Below are positions 22,313 through 32,214 of a stretch of DNA of 64,000 nucleotides, one piece after another (position 1 is the first letter of the stretch; every line of letters starts with the position of its first letter). The notes under the pieces are model-generated. The model ran no database searches and was not told the DNA's origin. It saw only the letters and a list, made by a program, of their open reading frames with translations. A program made the position numbers and the translations under genes. The stretch spans positions 2,497-66,496 of the forward strand of contig JBHHVB010000008.1 in NCBI GenBank assembly GCA_046754065.1, read 5' to 3'. This DNA is from Gammaproteobacteria bacterium. Lineage in GTDB: Bacteria; Pseudomonadota; Gammaproteobacteria; SZUA-140.

Positions 22313-23080
22313 TCAACAGTATTTTTGTTGAATGATGGACAATTCTGGCGTTTCGATATCAGCTTCTGCCGCTAGCTTCAACGCACGTGCCAGGCGTACA
22401 GGCGCAGAGCGCCCCTTGCATTTGTGATCGGGGTCAGCATCGAATGCTTCCACCATGCCTGAAATCAGGCGGTCTCGAGGTAATGTCCGGCCAGTAAGGT
22501 ATTCCTGTATATCAATGACTTCATTGGCGACCTGAGTGGCAAATGTTTGATGATCCGTCCATAACTCACCTACAGTCCCATCAACTGCCAGCCCCGCAAT
22601 ATTGGAAGTCAGAATGTAGACATTTTTACGTACCAGTTCGTACAGCAGATCATCTTCGTGATTCACGATATCGCAAGGTATATCGATTGATTGTAAAGCA
22701 TCATGTATCAGTGAGGCATGTGGACCATAAACAGGCGAAGCTATAATCACCTTTACATCGTGACCCTTCTTTTTTTCAAACCAGACGGATATAACAGTTG
22801 GTGCTTCTATCTGGTGTTTTTGCCAGTCTTCAGGCAATAATTCATTTTGTAACAAGCATAACCGTTTTCGTCAATCTTCAGGGTGATCGGAGAGTGTGGC
22901 GTGTAAATCACCTTCCGCTACCGCAACCAGTACCAATTCTGGAGCAGGGTAGGAAAGGACTGCATCTGCGATCTTGGTAGAGCGTGTTACTGGATAGACA
23001 GGGCGGCCAATTCTCAAAAATGCGCGAGAAAATACCCCGCCCATTTCACCCATACCAATTGATATCACAGATTTTTTCAT
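22313..23080 (-). pseudogene. Rossmann-fold (ketopantoate-reductase-like) gene interrupted by one in-frame TGA at 22873-22871
   Basis: MKKSVISIGMGEMG...HPED*RKRLCLLQNELLP: the two track ORFs are in the same frame. Confidence 0.7.
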
Positions 23081-23087
23081 CTTGTTC

Positions 23088-23648
23088 TCAATCCCGATTT
23101 TCACTTGTGTGCGGTTTCCATAGCTTTTCTTCGTTGCCACTTTGCCGACAAAGTATCCGCGCAATAACAAATAATAAATCAGATAATCGATTGAGATAAA
23201 TTAGTGTTTGCTGGTTGACTGTTGCCTTATGGGATAGACACACAAGGTGGCGTTCTGCTCGTCTGCAGATTGCCCTGGAAAGATGGCATAGTGATGCTGG
23301 CTCGCCCCCACCGGGTAAAATAAAATTTTTTAATGGCGATAACGTCTCATTATGGACATCAAGTGCTGCTTCCAGTTCCGTGACCATTTCGACGTTAATG
23401 ATATTAACGTTTGGCTGGCTTAACTCGGCACCAATATCAAACAGGCGATTCTGAATAGTCTCTAACAAATTTCCTATATCGTCTGGGATAGATGTTGAAG
23501 GCAACATGCCGATACAACAGTTCAGTTCATCGACATCCCCAATCACCTCGATGCGTAGATCATCCTTTGCAACGCGACTGCCATCTGCAAGCCCGGTCGT
23601 TCCCTGATCGCCAGTGCGCGTATATATCCTTGTTAAGCGATGTCCCAT
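23088..23648 (-). CDS. ATP:cob(I)alamin adenosyltransferase, PduO type
   Basis: IYTRTGD.G.T, GDVDELN, FILPGG, RRAER, LNRLSDLLF. Confidence 0.93.
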   Translation of the reverse strand: MGHRLTRIYTRTGDQGTTGLADGSRVAKDDLRIEVIGDVDELNCCIGMLPSTSIPDDIGNLLETIQNRLFDIGAELSQPNVNIINVEMVTELEAALDVHNETLSPLKNFILPGGGEPASLCHLSRAICRRAERHLVCLSHKATVNQQTLIYLNRLSDLLFVIARILCRQSGNEEKLWKPHTSENRD

Positions 23649-23715
23649 TATAATCAATAGCGTAAAAGTGGAAACGCAGTATTGTAACGGTTAATTGAAC
23701 AATCGCGAAACCGAG

Positions 23716-25770
23716 CTAGCTGCCACCAGAGAGTTTGTTGCCGATACTTTTAATAATCTTGCCTGCCTTGATGCCAACAGCAGTTCCAAGGCCAGGACCT
23801 AGTATCGAAGTCCCGATGGTACCGCCTATAACGGCTTCACTTGTTGGTCGCAGGTGAGGTTCATGAGTGGTGCCTGATACAACAATGGGAATGCTGATGA
23901 GGGTGGCAGTGTGTCTGATACCAACATCCAGTTCACCTTTAAGTTGATCGTTCTCATCTATGTTGAGGTCACCATTAGCTACGAGGGCTGACGACGTAAT
24001 GTCGAGTTTTGAAAGGGCTATATGGCCGTTTTTTATGTTTGCATGACCTTTTAGTTGCTTAAACGGTGTTTGTCCACCTACCGTATTATCCTTTGAAAGG
24101 TTGGTGCTTGCCTCCTTCAAGTCGGCACGAAATAGCGTACCATTAATGACATTGAAATCTGCATCTATCAGCGGATTATCAATGAGCGAAGTGAATGTGT
24201 TTCCTGAGAGAAATACCTGTGTCTGACCATCGATGGACCCGGTTAGGGTTTTTTGCTGATGGAATCCGGATAATAAAGATTCTACATCGATGCCTTTTAC
24301 CGCTGCATTGCAAGATGCCTTCCAGTCCTTCCTCCAGGACAGATCGACGGTACCGTTAATCTTTCCATTGTATGCCTCTATAGAGGTATTGCTCATTAAT
24401 ATCCTGTCATTTCTCATTTCCGCATCGGACTTTATCAGGGCATACCGTAAAGTTTCCGTGGCAGAAGCACGGGTGAATATCGACCCTTCCGAAGCCCTGA
24501 GATTACCTGATAACACCGGATGTTTTATGAGTTGGGAAAACCTGTTTGCCCTTAGATCAACATTAACGATCCCGTTTAAAATGCCGGTGACCACCTTTCG
24601 TTTTATTATATGGGTTACCAGCGGTTCGAGTTCAATACCAGCCAATTGAATTTGGCCGTCCAGTTGCCACCCTGTTTGCCAGGATAAACGGGGATTACCT
24701 GACGCCCTGCCTTGATAAATGACCAGCTCAGCATCCCTGGTTGCGAGGCTGGTTCGAGTTAGTTTCCCGTTGGCAGAGAATTTGTTAAATACCACTATGG
24801 GTTGAGATGGACTATCAGTAAATACCTTGCCATCTGTAATTGAAAATGGACCCTCAATCAAAGGTTGTTGAAGAAGCAGGTTTATTTTTTTGCCTTTGAG
24901 ATGGATGGCCAGATCACCACTGAATTGTCCAGTAAATCCTCGACCGTTGAAGACCTTGATGATTGGGGCCATATTGATGTCTGTTGCGTTGACCCTGCCG
25001 TCAACAGAAAAGTTCTTTTTCCAGTCAAGTGTCACCTTGGCATCAATCAGTCCGTTGTATGTGGTCATCGAGATCCGGGAAAAATCCATTTGTCCGCTGC
25101 GAAGTGAGCCGTTGGCAGATAACTCTGATATTTTCAGCTTTGGTCCAATGGGGAGGAGCCAGTTTCTGGCAGTCAAATTTATCGCGTAGTGATCGTCTTG
25201 CCTTGAGAGTAATGCGTTTATCGAACCATCTGATCGCAGAATTTTTATCTTTTCGGGTACCAGGGCCTGGGTAAGCGTCATGTTAATCTTGTATGGCCCA
25301 TACCTGGATTCATCTGCACGTATTGTTATCCCGTCGATTGTGATCTTATCGACATTTATTTGCGTATTGGCCTGGTTCATCGAAGCATTGTTCCTGAATT
25401 GTTTTATTTGGCTTTGAACGAACAGCTGATTGGTTGCGACACCCGAGAAATAAAGATGTTTGATGGAAAATTGTCCATCGATTAGCCTTTTAAAATCCGG
25501 CAATACTGACATCGATTTTATAAATATTTCACCGCTTGTTTTGTTATTGCCCACCATACTGATGCCCTCGGCCGTCAATACGGGGATTGGTAAAAGACGA
25601 AATCCTGCGTCTTCAATGCGTACCGTTTTTTCAAGTGCCGTTGAAAGCCGTTTTTCTATTTCAGGTTTGTAAGATTCTAATGAGATAAAATAGGGAATAA
25701 ATACCAGACCATAGATGACTACAACCAACAATATGAGTGTTTTTGGGGCTTTTTCCGGAAATAACTTCAT
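23716..25770 (-). CDS. AsmA-like protein with internal repeats
   Basis: N-terminal TM followed by ESYKPEIE..LS.AL; beta-rich body; C-terminal GGQTPF..L.G...VSGT..P. Confidence 0.75.
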   Translation of the reverse strand: MKLFPEKAPKTLILLVVVIYGLVFIPYFISLESYKPEIEKRLSTALEKTVRIEDAGFRLLPIPVLTAEGISMVGNNKTSGEIFIKSMSVLPDFKRLIDGQFSIKHLYFSGVATNQLFVQSQIKQFRNNASMNQANTQINVDKITIDGITIRADESRYGPYKINMTLTQALVPEKIKILRSDGSINALLSRQDDHYAINLTARNWLLPIGPKLKISELSANGSLRSGQMDFSRISMTTYNGLIDAKVTLDWKKNFSVDGRVNATDINMAPIIKVFNGRGFTGQFSGDLAIHLKGKKINLLLQQPLIEGPFSITDGKVFTDSPSQPIVVFNKFSANGKLTRTSLATRDAELVIYQGRASGNPRLSWQTGWQLDGQIQLAGIELEPLVTHIIKRKVVTGILNGIVNVDLRANRFSQLIKHPVLSGNLRASEGSIFTRASATETLRYALIKSDAEMRNDRILMSNTSIEAYNGKINGTVDLSWRKDWKASCNAAVKGIDVESLLSGFHQQKTLTGSIDGQTQVFLSGNTFTSLIDNPLIDADFNVINGTLFRADLKEASTNLSKDNTVGGQTPFKQLKGHANIKNGHIALSKLDITSSALVANGDLNIDENDQLKGELDVGIRHTATLISIPIVVSGTTHEPHLRPTSEAVIGGTIGTSILGPGLGTAVGIKAGKIIKSIGNKLSGGS

Positions 25771-25876
25771 AATCCGTCAATATAAATAGGAAGATTAGTC
25801 GTGCTTATTCGATCAATGCCATATAGTGCATATCGGCCAATTGATCAGGGAATTAACGACTTATACCCTGCTTCTA

Positions 25877-25892
25877 TGTGATCTTTGTCTCA
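25877..25892. promoter_or_regulatory. Candidate CRP/Vfr site upstream of asmA-like gene
   Basis: TGTGA-tctttg-TCTCA, 9/10 match to TGTGA-N6-TCACA, intergenic. Confidence 0.4.
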
Positions 25893-25926
25893 AACGACGC
25901 TATTTGTTAGCGTTGCTGCTATAAAC

Positions 25927-26685
25927 CTAGATTTCCTCGAGTCGGTAGATGACCGGGAACTCGAGGTCGATACCATTATTGCTTAGCCACCGGGAAACCT
26001 GCGGAATGATTGCGAGTTGTTGCAGGCTTTTCATCGCTGCGTTATCCAGGCTACGATGGCCAGAGCTGCTTATCATGCGGATGTTACTTAAACGACCAGA
26101 TGTAGAGATGTGAAAACCCAAATGTACCGTACCTTGCCAACCCCTTTTTCGTGCCAGCATAGGATATTTAAATGATCTGATCAGTGCATCGTCAATGATT
26201 TCGGTGAGTTGTTTTGTTATAGATAAACCAGTTGCCTCGTTTCGAGTATCGATTGATTGATCGGCGATTACTACCCCGTTGTTCAATTGATTATTACTCA
26301 ATGATACGGACGGTCGATTCTGTTCAGGGTGTAGGGATGAGTTGTCATGACCTGGTTTGCCGTCATCAGCCATGACAGACGTTTTGAGAAATGGTGAGTC
26401 CTTGGGGCCGATGCCGTTGTCCAGATAAGGTACCGTGTATTTAGCTACAGATTGCTGTTTCTTGATACGCCCGGAGGAAGAAACGTCTTGCCGAGTGTTA
26501 TTAATGTTATCTGAGTGTGCGTGGTTTGGCCTATTGCGCGCAACTGGACTTGAAAATACCGTCTCCAGGATCGTTACCTGAAGTGGACTTCCGGTTGGTA
26601 AGCCATTTTGTATAGACATCGTCCATATGGCCAGGAACAGGATATGCAATAAGACGGACGCGGGTATAAAATATCGCATAGCCAT
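25927..26685 (-). CDS. TonB family energy transducer
   Basis: SVLLH TM motif; YPMLARKRGWQG, SSG..SLDNAA; follows btuB. Confidence 0.85.
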   Translation of the reverse strand: MAMRYFIPASVLLHILFLAIWTMSIQNGLPTGSPLQVTILETVFSSPVARNRPNHAHSDNINNTRQDVSSSGRIKKQQSVAKYTVPYLDNGIGPKDSPFLKTSVMADDGKPGHDNSSLHPEQNRPSVSLSNNQLNNGVVIADQSIDTRNEATGLSITKQLTEIIDDALIRSFKYPMLARKRGWQGTVHLGFHISTSGRLSNIRMISSSGHRSLDNAAMKSLQQLAIIPQVSRWLSNNGIDLEFPVIYRLEEI

Positions 26686-26736
26686 TTTAACTGTGTGAAA
26701 TACGCTTGATAAAATGGGTAAACAACAGAAATGCAC

Positions 26737-28530
26737 CTATTCTTCGGGTTGATAACGCAACCCGATTGTTATCGTTTGGGCTGCAGTGTTAAAACCCTTG
26801 GCAGTTTCATAACGCTTGTCAAACAGGTTTTCTACGCTGGCATAGCAATCCAGCGTCTTGCTAATATTGAGTACACTACCCACATTGACCAATCCATAAC
26901 CTGCATTATAATCTGTGGAGAATGCCGAATCCTTTCTTTTGCCTGATGCAAGCATTTCAACGGTTACTCGATACCGGTTGCCTTGCCAGGTGACGGAAGA
27001 CGTTACGCTGTGTTTGGCGCGTCTGGCGAGGTCTTCTCCGGTATCTTCGTTTTCCGGTTTTTGTGTGATCGCATTGATGCTCACCGCGACCCGCTTGAAT
27101 TTGGCCGAATAGTTCGCATCGATGCCGCGAATGTGCGCTTTCCCCGTATTTTTCATCAACGAACTGGTTAGGTCATACTCAATAAGATCATGTATCTTGT
27201 TGTCAAAAATATTGATCGAGAGCTGCTGTTGCTTGCTGAATTGATGTGACAGGCCTAACTCTGTATTCCGCGAATTCTCCGGGGACAGGTTTGGATTCCC
27301 GCCAAATCCAAATCGGTCAGTACTATCCGGAGCGCGAAATGCAGTGCCAGAGCCTAATGTTACCCGGGTGTTATGATTGATGCGATAACCATACTCAATT
27401 CCCCAGGTCGTATGGCTACCAAATCCGTCATGGTCTGTTGATCTTGCTGACAAAAGTAAATGATTGTTTCCTGTTTGCATGTCATTTTGTACAAATGCGG
27501 CATTAACATTTGTATCTTCATCAAATCCTGAACCGAATACAGCCGAAGCGGTATGTTCCCTGGAAATCCAGATGCCTGTTGTCAAAAGGTTTTCATCATT
27601 GAGCTGAATATCATTTTGCCAGTCAATGCTGTTTCTTTGGGTATGGGCAAAATCGTTGCTTTGGTTTTGATCAATCTCATCGGTAATGTGACCCAGTGTC
27701 AATGATGTAGCCCATTCATCCGATGGGTTGGCTTTTAGTGTTAATCCCGATGCAGAGTTGCTGAAGTCCTGATCTACCGATGTGTCAAAAAAATCCAGAT
27801 ACTCGGTGTTGCCTTGTGCCTGCCAATGGCTTAATTCAACCGCTAACAAAGAGAATGCAATGCCAAGATGGGTGTTGATGGTTGTGTTATCATGACCTCG
27901 ACTGACAGCGCTGGAGCTTTTTGGCGAAAACCCGTTTGACTCAAGCCAGTTAGCAGTGATGCCCGCGCGTACATTCTCTCTCCGGTACTGAAGATCAACA
28001 TTGGCATTGTTGGAATCATACCTGCCATGTTCCACAGATAGTGAGCTGCGCATTTTGTTGGTTGCCTGACGGGTAATAATATTTATGACACCACCAATAG
28101 CCTCGGAGCCATACAGGGTTGAACGTGGACCCTTGACGATTTCTATGCGCTCAATATTATCTGCTGAAATATTCTGCAGTGCGGCACCGCCAATCGTGCC
28201 GGGATTAATCTTCAGTCCGTCGATCATTACCAGTGTATGATTACTATCAGTACCACGGATGAACAGCGATGTTGCCTGACCTGGTCCGCCATTGCGTGCC
28301 ACATCGAGTCCGGCATGAAGGCTCAATAATCCTGCAACGTCTGTCGCTGGGGAGGTTTCAATTTCCTGCCGGTTGATAATGATGACAGGTGCCAGCGTGT
28401 TATCTGCAATCTGTGCCGTTCTGGTAGCAGTCACGACAACGGGAGCGGAGGCCATCTCTTCGGCCATGGATGTCATTGAAACGAAAAAGGTTGAAGGCAA
28501 AATAAATAGTCTGGTCAGGCGATTTTTCAT
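26737..28530 (-). CDS. btuB: TonB-dependent vitamin B12 receptor
   Basis: VVVTATR TonB box, IRGTDSNH, IEIVKGPRSTLYGSEAIGGVINI; downstream of a cobalamin riboswitch. Confidence 0.9.
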   Translation of the reverse strand: MKNRLTRLFILPSTFFVSMTSMAEEMASAPVVVTATRTAQIADNTLAPVIIINRQEIETSPATDVAGLLSLHAGLDVARNGGPGQATSLFIRGTDSNHTLVMIDGLKINPGTIGGAALQNISADNIERIEIVKGPRSTLYGSEAIGGVINIITRQATNKMRSSLSVEHGRYDSNNANVDLQYRRENVRAGITANWLESNGFSPKSSSAVSRGHDNTTINTHLGIAFSLLAVELSHWQAQGNTEYLDFFDTSVDQDFSNSASGLTLKANPSDEWATSLTLGHITDEIDQNQSNDFAHTQRNSIDWQNDIQLNDENLLTTGIWISREHTASAVFGSGFDEDTNVNAAFVQNDMQTGNNHLLLSARSTDHDGFGSHTTWGIEYGYRINHNTRVTLGSGTAFRAPDSTDRFGFGGNPNLSPENSRNTELGLSHQFSKQQQLSINIFDNKIHDLIEYDLTSSLMKNTGKAHIRGIDANYSAKFKRVAVSINAITQKPENEDTGEDLARRAKHSVTSSVTWQGNRYRVTVEMLASGKRKDSAFSTDYNAGYGLVNVGSVLNISKTLDCYASVENLFDKRYETAKGFNTAAQTITIGLRYQPEE

Positions 28531-28646
28531 GATTCTCCTCTCTACGCACACCCGCGTAAAATCTAGTGACACGTTGGGAAAGGGGGAGAATATCAAAAGT
28601 CGGTACCCCGGTTACGCCCACCGCGCTTTCGGTTATTGTTGGGTAT

Positions 28647-28850
28647 GTTCGGGCCGGTCTCCGGACTCACAAGCAGACATTAGCCAGGTTTGGCGCCTTC
28701 CCGTCATCTCATCATGAGACTATTGCAGTGGCAGTGTGCCAAACATTAAACTTGTTTACCGTTGCGGGGGCAGTGTCGGGATTGCAGATAACCATTGCGC
28801 ACCGACTTCCCGTTTAATCCGTCCAGCAATAGCTGTCAGGACACCTAAAC
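28647..28850 (-). ncRNA. Cobalamin riboswitch
   Basis: Minus strand: AGGTG..ACGGGAAGTCGGTG..AATCCCGACACTGCCCCCGCAACGGTAA..GCCACTG..GGGAAGG..GAGTCCGGAGACCGGCC (B12 box). Confidence 0.95.
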
Positions 28851-28904
28851 AAAAAGCCTGCATTCCTCGTGATGAAGTCGATTGAAGATTACAGGCCCGC
28901 AACT

Positions 28905-29564
28905 CTACAGGGAATTAAAGCGGTCTGTCAAGCGATGGTGCCATCCAGTTTTGAATGTTTCATCCAGTACAAATAAATCTTCGGGACGATCTATATCTCT
29001 CAATGGTTCAAGCGTTTGCCACCGCCAGTTTAGTGATTGAAGACGCTGTGTTGTCATCTCGAATACCTGATTACTTCCCCATGTTATGTTTGAGAATAGA
29101 GAATGATCCATTTTTGACAGCCCAAGCAAAACATAACCACCATCTAGTGCAGGCCCTATTACCGCATCTTGCCCGGTATTCAACAGGTTAATAGCCTGTT
29201 TCAGATAGTTGTCAGTTAGATCCGGGCAGTCGGTCCCGATGATAATGGCGTTTTGAAAACTCAAAAGTTTCTCGGACAGCGCAAAGGCCATGCGTTGACC
29301 TAAATCATCACCATGCTGCTGTTTTAGATGGACGGGAAATCGCTGTTTACATTGCTGGAAAAATTGATCATTGGTTTCCGGGTGGCACCAGAGTTCGGTA
29401 TGACAGAAAGGCGTGGTTGAGTTCGTTTCAAGGCAATGGGTGACCAGTTTTTTGTGCAGTTCTGCAGCGTTGTATGGTCCTATCGCGGGTATCAAGCGGG
29501 TCTTGACCTGACCCACCCTGGGTGCCTTGGTAAAAATAATCAGACAGGTGTCTTGTTGTTGCAT
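28905..29564 (-). CDS. TIGR04282-type (DUF2064) glycosyltransferase-like protein
   Basis: FTKAP..G.VKTRL, DLGQRM, IGTDCP, GPALDGGY.LLG, DIDRPED. Confidence 0.88.
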   Translation of the reverse strand: MQQQDTCLIIFTKAPRVGQVKTRLIPAIGPYNAAELHKKLVTHCLETNSTTPFCHTELWCHPETNDQFFQQCKQRFPVHLKQQHGDDLGQRMAFALSEKLLSFQNAIIIGTDCPDLTDNYLKQAINLLNTGQDAVIGPALDGGYVLLGLSKMDHSLFSNITWGSNQVFEMTTQRLQSLNWRWQTLEPLRDIDRPEDLFVLDETFKTGWHHRLTDRFNSL

Positions 29565-29579
29565 CGGTTACAGGTTTAT

Positions 29580-30266
29580 TTATTGGTAACGCTTCGCCAG
29601 CTTTCCTGGATCGGTACCAAAAAAATAGGCAATACGTATCCGCCACATTAAAAGAACGGTTGATAAGATGCCGTTATTCTCCCAGCGACGACTTGATGTC
29701 AGAATAGTATCTTTCAGGCAAGCTGGCCTCCCAACACGCTCTTTTAACGTTTTGCTCAACGCAACATCTTCCATTAGTGGAATGTCGGGGTAACCACCAA
29801 TCTGGTTAAAACATGCTCTGGTGATAAAAATACCTTGATCACCGGTTGCGATACCGGAAAGCCGGGATCGAACATTCATCATGAACTCGACAACGCGAAG
29901 CAGACGGCTTTTACCATTTAGTTTAATATTGAATCTTCCCCATTGATGCTGCTTCTTTTGCAGCGTCTCAATAATCAGATTCGCAGCGTTATCAGGTAGC
30001 AGGCTGTCAGCGTGTAAGAATAAAAGAAATTCGCCAGTTGCGTATCTGGCTCCGGTGTTCATTTGCCGCGCGCGACCTGGGGGGGCGGAGATCAGGCTAT
30101 CAACCAGGTTTTCAGCGGTCGGTACGGTAGCGTCCGTACTGCCCCCATCAACCAGAATAATCTCAAGGCCGGAGTGTCGTAATACCTGCAGTGGTTTAAG
30201 TACACCAAGGATGTTTGGTTCCTCGTTGAGCGTTGGGATTATGATAGAAATCTTGTTTAAATTCAT
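29580..30266 (-). CDS. TIGR04283-type family 2 glycosyltransferase
   Basis: SIIIPTLNE, VDGGSTD, GRARQMN.GA, FLHAD, GDQGIF, LMEDV, TSSRRW. Confidence 0.88.
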   Translation of the reverse strand: MNLNKISIIIPTLNEEPNILGVLKPLQVLRHSGLEIILVDGGSTDATVPTAENLVDSLISAPPGRARQMNTGARYATGEFLLFLHADSLLPDNAANLIIETLQKKQHQWGRFNIKLNGKSRLLRVVEFMMNVRSRLSGIATGDQGIFITRACFNQIGGYPDIPLMEDVALSKTLKERVGRPACLKDTILTSSRRWENNGILSTVLLMWRIRIAYFFGTDPGKLAKRYQ

Positions 30267-30301
30267 CGTTAAGTCATACGCTCATAACTAGTCTGCAGTC
30301 G

Positions 30302-31264
30302 TCAGGACAACGCACCACCACAACTACTGCCTTGTCCGGCAGTACAGCCATAGCAATGATCTTTTACAATTATGGGGTGCTTTTCAATCTGAATCTGCCC
30401 GATATCACCAATCTTCATGGGTCTGTTTTCCTTGGTATTGATGTTAAGCCCAAGTATTTGATTGAAATCGCAGTCGTAAAGATACCCCTGCCAGTCGATA
30501 CTAATCAATGATCGGCACATGACAGATTTCAGATTGTCCTCTTGATACGCATCTCTCAATAACGACATATATTGAGTAAACTGCTTTTTTGAAATCAGCG
30601 TGCTGCCAAATCGCTTAATAGGCATATTGGTAATGGTGAACAATTCGTTGAATACGACGCCATAGTGCTCTGCCAGATGTTTCTTATAGTCCGATTCGAG
30701 CGATGATTGCGGTGGAGGGAGCGTAGCGCCCTGTGGATTGTAGACAAGGTTAAGAATGAGACCGCTGCCCTTGTTTCCATAGCCTAGCGCGTTTAATTTC
30801 CTGAGGGCTTCAATGCTTGTAGCAAAGACGCCGTTGCCGCGTTGCCGGTTAACATTCTCTTCGAGATAGCAGGGAAGTGACGCGACTATCTCCACCTGTT
30901 GTTGCGCCAAAAAGGTAGCGAGATCCTCCTGGCCTGCTTCACATAAAATGGTCAGGTTGCATCGATCCATCACATGAATACCTAACTGGCGTGCGGCGGT
31001 TACCAGTTTTCTGAAATGCGGGTTCAACTCAGGTGCGCCACCGGTCAGGTCAATCTTTTTTATATCCGAGTGTTCGAGGTAATGAATAACCTCGTTGATT
31101 ATATCCTCTGGCATGGTTTCCTTGCGCCTGGGCCCAGCATTTACATGGCAATGTAAACATTGTTGATTGCAAACATAACCAAGATTGATTTGCAGTGTGT
31201 CAAGTTTCCTCCGATGAAGCGTTGGAAAGTCTGTTTCTTCAAGTAATGGTAATGTCGCGTGCAT
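30302..31264 (-). CDS. arsS: Arsenosugar biosynthesis radical SAM protein ArsS
   Basis: LQINLG..CNQQCLHCHV, DLTGGAPELNP, YDCDFNQ, C-terminal HCYGCTAGQGSSCGG. Confidence 0.88.
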   Translation of the reverse strand: MHATLPLLEETDFPTLHRRKLDTLQINLGYVCNQQCLHCHVNAGPRRKETMPEDIINEVIHYLEHSDIKKIDLTGGAPELNPHFRKLVTAARQLGIHVMDRCNLTILCEAGQEDLATFLAQQQVEIVASLPCYLEENVNRQRGNGVFATSIEALRKLNALGYGNKGSGLILNLVYNPQGATLPPPQSSLESDYKKHLAEHYGVVFNELFTITNMPIKRFGSTLISKKQFTQYMSLLRDAYQEDNLKSVMCRSLISIDWQGYLYDCDFNQILGLNINTKENRPMKIGDIGQIQIEKHPIIVKDHCYGCTAGQGSSCGGALS

Positions 31265-31378
31265 CGTTATCCTCTGAATCAATTTCCAGTCAATGTCTCC
31301 AAAAATGCGCTTGCTAACGCTATAATAGTCGCTACAGTTAATGTTATCAGCTAGCCGAATAGTACCAGTTTGATGGCG

Positions 31379-31640
31379 TCATGATGAGAGGATCTTTTTC
31401 TCAGTCCAGCTTATCCTTAACAGGACTCCGCTGCCGACATGAGTCGTAACCACGGGGGCCGGGGGCTCCCAATGGCGTTGCAGCAAGGACCAGTAGCGAA
31501 GTGCCGACATTAGCAATGAGGCTACTTTGATTATTCATTGGCGTGATCCGGTGTGCCAGAATCTGTAATACCTTGAATCCACCCCACAGGCAACCGATGC
31601 CCATTACCACTGCAAAACTGAAAATCGATAAGTTCTGTTC
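31379..31640 (-). pseudogene. C-terminal remnant of a PiT/PHO4 phosphate transporter
   Basis: GG.KV..LA.RIT...AN..TS.LVL.ATPLGAP, then P-VVTTHV in another frame after a 7-bp duplication at 31453-31466. Confidence 0.7.
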
Positions 31641-31761
31641 GGTCTGCTGGAACCAACGCGTGTTCAACGTTAAAACCGTTTTTACTGTCCGCAAACACCA
31701 GTGTGGGTAATAAGCCGAATGTGAGTATAATTAATTGAAGATAAAACCTTATCGAATTCAT
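31640..31761 (-). pseudogene. 5' remnant of an exported protein (DUF3179-like N-terminus)
   Basis: Signal peptide plus KNGFNVEHALVPAD, then an abrupt switch to PiT-like sequence. Confidence 0.45.
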
Positions 31762-32000
31762 GGTCTATAAACAGAGTAAGCGCTTTTTTTCCGATTGCTG
31801 ATACTCTGTCGACGTGGATGGAACAAACTTACACGAATCCAACCAGGTTTAAATCTCGTTAGAGTTTAGGCCCTTCTTTTTTCAGGGAATTACTACTGGT
31901 GTAATCTCCACAAATTGGCCCTATGATATTGAAACTAAGAGTATAATTCGATACAATTCAAAGTTTGCTGCATTATTTAGCGTGCAAAGGCCTGACAGAT

Positions 32001-32016
32001 TGTGATACTTGTCACG
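32001..32016. promoter_or_regulatory. Candidate CRP/Vfr site upstream of pnt
   Basis: TGTGA-tacttg-TCACG, 9/10 match, about 200 bp before pntA. Confidence 0.45.
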
Positions 32017-32214
32017 GAATTCATTTAAAGATTTCCGCATGATGGTCGTATTGATAACACAATAATGCAATAGATAAGCAGTGATAATTTAGCTTCGCTC
32101 AAGGACAGAAGCGGCTTAAGCCGGGTTAACAACGGTCAAGTCTGATCATATAGATCGAGCAAATTATTCTGTTCGAAATCCCTAAAATTTTATTAACATT
32201 TGGAGTATTGCCGT

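Noticed and set aside
22820-22873. Selenocysteine recoding of the in-frame TGA
   Set aside because: No convincing SECIS hairpin just downstream, and the context does not look like a Cys redox motif.
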